A stretch of DNA of 64,000 bases from positions 19,415 to 83,414 of IMG/VR virus record IMGVR_UViG_2913177423_000001. One strand, given 5' to 3'. Of this stretch, positions 62,770 to 64,000 are shown piece after piece (the first letter of the stretch is position 1; each line of letters begins with the position of its first letter). This DNA comes from a virus (taxonomy: Duplodnaviria; Heunggongvirae; Uroviricota; Caudoviricetes). Under the pieces are notes generated by a model, which saw only the letters and a list, made by a program, of their open reading frames with translations, was not told where the DNA came from and did not search any database. The position numbers and the translations under genes are program-made.

Positions 62770-64000
62770 ATGGGAGCTGATAAAACGAAAAGCATAATGA
62801 CACTATCTTCACGTGTCACGCAGCCACTGCTTGCTGATGTTCAATATTTCGAACTGTATAGTAGTTCGGCTCTTAACAGGAAGTTAAAAAATATTGTTTT
62901 GCCAGGTTTTTACTGCGGATTTGAACCAGTTCCCGGCACAGGATTGAGTGTCCGTATTACTTCTGAAAATTCAGATGGTAAGGGTGCTGCTTCAGTAGAT
63001 GTAAATAATGTTCAGATATCCGTTCAACAAATAGAAGATGTGATTGTTCCGGTAAAGGCCGGGGCTACGAACATTATTGTGCTGGAAGCTAATTTTGAAC
63101 ATGGTGTAAAAACTACCCAGGTAGATATCACATCTTCTGTCAGTGCTGCCAGAATATACGCTCGCACGGACAACACTATCGGGCAGAATCAAATTGAATT
63201 ATGTCGAGTTGTCGTGCCTAGCGGTGCTACAGCCGTGACTAAAGAAATGATTGTGCTTAAATACCGCGTCAATCGTGCTGTTGGCGTTGAGTTCTCTAAT
63301 GAAATAAGCAGTACAGAAGAGAGAAAAGCGGCTACTCCCCTGGCTGTCAAAACCCTCCATGATTTGGTTGATACAAAAGCCCCGATCGACAGCCCGAATC
63401 TGACAGGGACGCCAACTTCGCCTACACCAGAACCTGGTACAAACAACACACAGATCGCAAATGCGGCCTTTGTCTATGCGGCTATAAATGCGCTGATCAA
63501 TGGCGCACCAGGGACTCTGGATACACTGAAAGAAATTGCGTCCGCCATCAACAACGATCCGAAGTTCAGTGAAACTATTAATAAAGCACTGGCTCTTAAA
63601 GCACCTTTGGCAAGTCCTGCATTAACGGGAATCCCTACTGCGCCTACCGCTGCACAGGGAACAAATAATACTCAGATCGCTACGACTGCTTACGTACGGG
63701 CTGCTATATCTGCATTGGTCGGCTCATCACCAGAAGCTCTTGATACCCTGAATGAGCTTGCAGCAGCACTTGGCAATGACCCGAACTTTGCGACAACAAT
63801 GACAAATGCGCTGGCAGGCAAACAGCCCCTTGACGCAACTTTAACCGCACTTGCGGGGCTTGCAACTGGCGCAAATAAATTGCCGTACTTTACAGGTAAA
63901 GATACTGTTGCCCAGACTGATTTAACTTCAGTCGGTCGCGATATCCTGGCTAAAACAAGTGTCCTTGCTGTTATCCAATACCTTGGTTTAAGAGAACTCG
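62770..64000 (+). CDS. tail fiber protein, N-terminal part (3-prime truncated by window end)
   Basis: repeated SPxLTGxPT(A/S)PT..GTNNTQIA(N/T)(A/T)A(F/Y)V modules and KLPYFTGKDTVAQTDLTSVGRDILAK; frame open to last base; not in ORF track. Confidence 0.75.
   Translation, partial: MGADKTKSIMTLSSRVTQPLLADVQYFELYSSSALNRKLKNIVLPGFYCGFEPVPGTGLSVRITSENSDGKGAASVDVNNVQISVQQIEDVIVPVKAGATNIIVLEANFEHGVKTTQVDITSSVSAARIYARTDNTIGQNQIELCRVVVPSGATAVTKEMIVLKYRVNRAVGVEFSNEISSTEERKAATPLAVKTLHDLVDTKAPIDSPNLTGTPTSPTPEPGTNNTQIANAAFVYAAINALINGAPGTLDTLKEIASAINNDPKFSETINKALALKAPLASPALTGIPTAPTAAQGTNNTQIATTAYVRAAISALVGSSPEALDTLNELAAALGNDPNFATTMTNALAGKQPLDATLTALAGLATGANKLPYFTGKDTVAQTDLTSVGRDILAKTSVLAVIQYLGLREL

Overview
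The window is phage/plasmid DNA throughout: a P1-like temperate myovirus maintained as a plasmid prophage (phage-plasmid), with no host chromosomal genes, rRNA, CRISPR array or IS/transposase. All calls are from reading the sequence and ORF translations; no database search was run. The backbone shows P1-type synteny: Lpa-like gene, pacA-like and pacB-like terminase genes, a divergently transcribed putative master repressor, then a 14-4-14 recombination site and a Cre-family recombinase (12345-13373). The site matches, from memory, the rox site of phage D6 with one arm mismatch, so the element looks D6-like (Dre/rox) rather than P1 proper. Other modules: three tRNAs (Arg-UCU, Thr-UGU, Met/Ile-CAU) in a region of structured repeats; an immI-like leader/icd/ant locus; Ref HNH nuclease; LexA-box-controlled humD plus hot; rdgC homolog with two methyltransferase genes; two adjacent partition loci (ParA-type and ParM-type) with separate iteron families; a Rep_3 RepA replicon flanked by 19-22 bp iterons; and structural genes (capsid-like, sheath-like, tube-like, baseplate, spanins, about 1229-aa tape-measure/Sit-like protein, tail fiber truncated by the window end). 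A roughly 17-bp motif (core TGTTAGAAAATTAAT) recurs at least 15 times in intergenic DNA, three times as inverted pairs, and is read as the operator set of the master repressor. The most interesting accessory content is: (1) a six-gene operon after the recombinase with a dUTPase, a DUF2829 (Tad2-like) fusion and a catalytically degenerate terminase-ATPase paralog; (2) a small protein ending in a near-exact ClpX zinc-binding domain; (3) a HigB/HigA pair next to an AT-rich membrane coiled-coil gene; (4) a secreted-protein moron between terminators; (5) a cluster of five GATC sites inside the pacA-like gene as a candidate pac site. Several CDS starts were moved from the ORF track to internal starts with better RBS or stop-start overlap.
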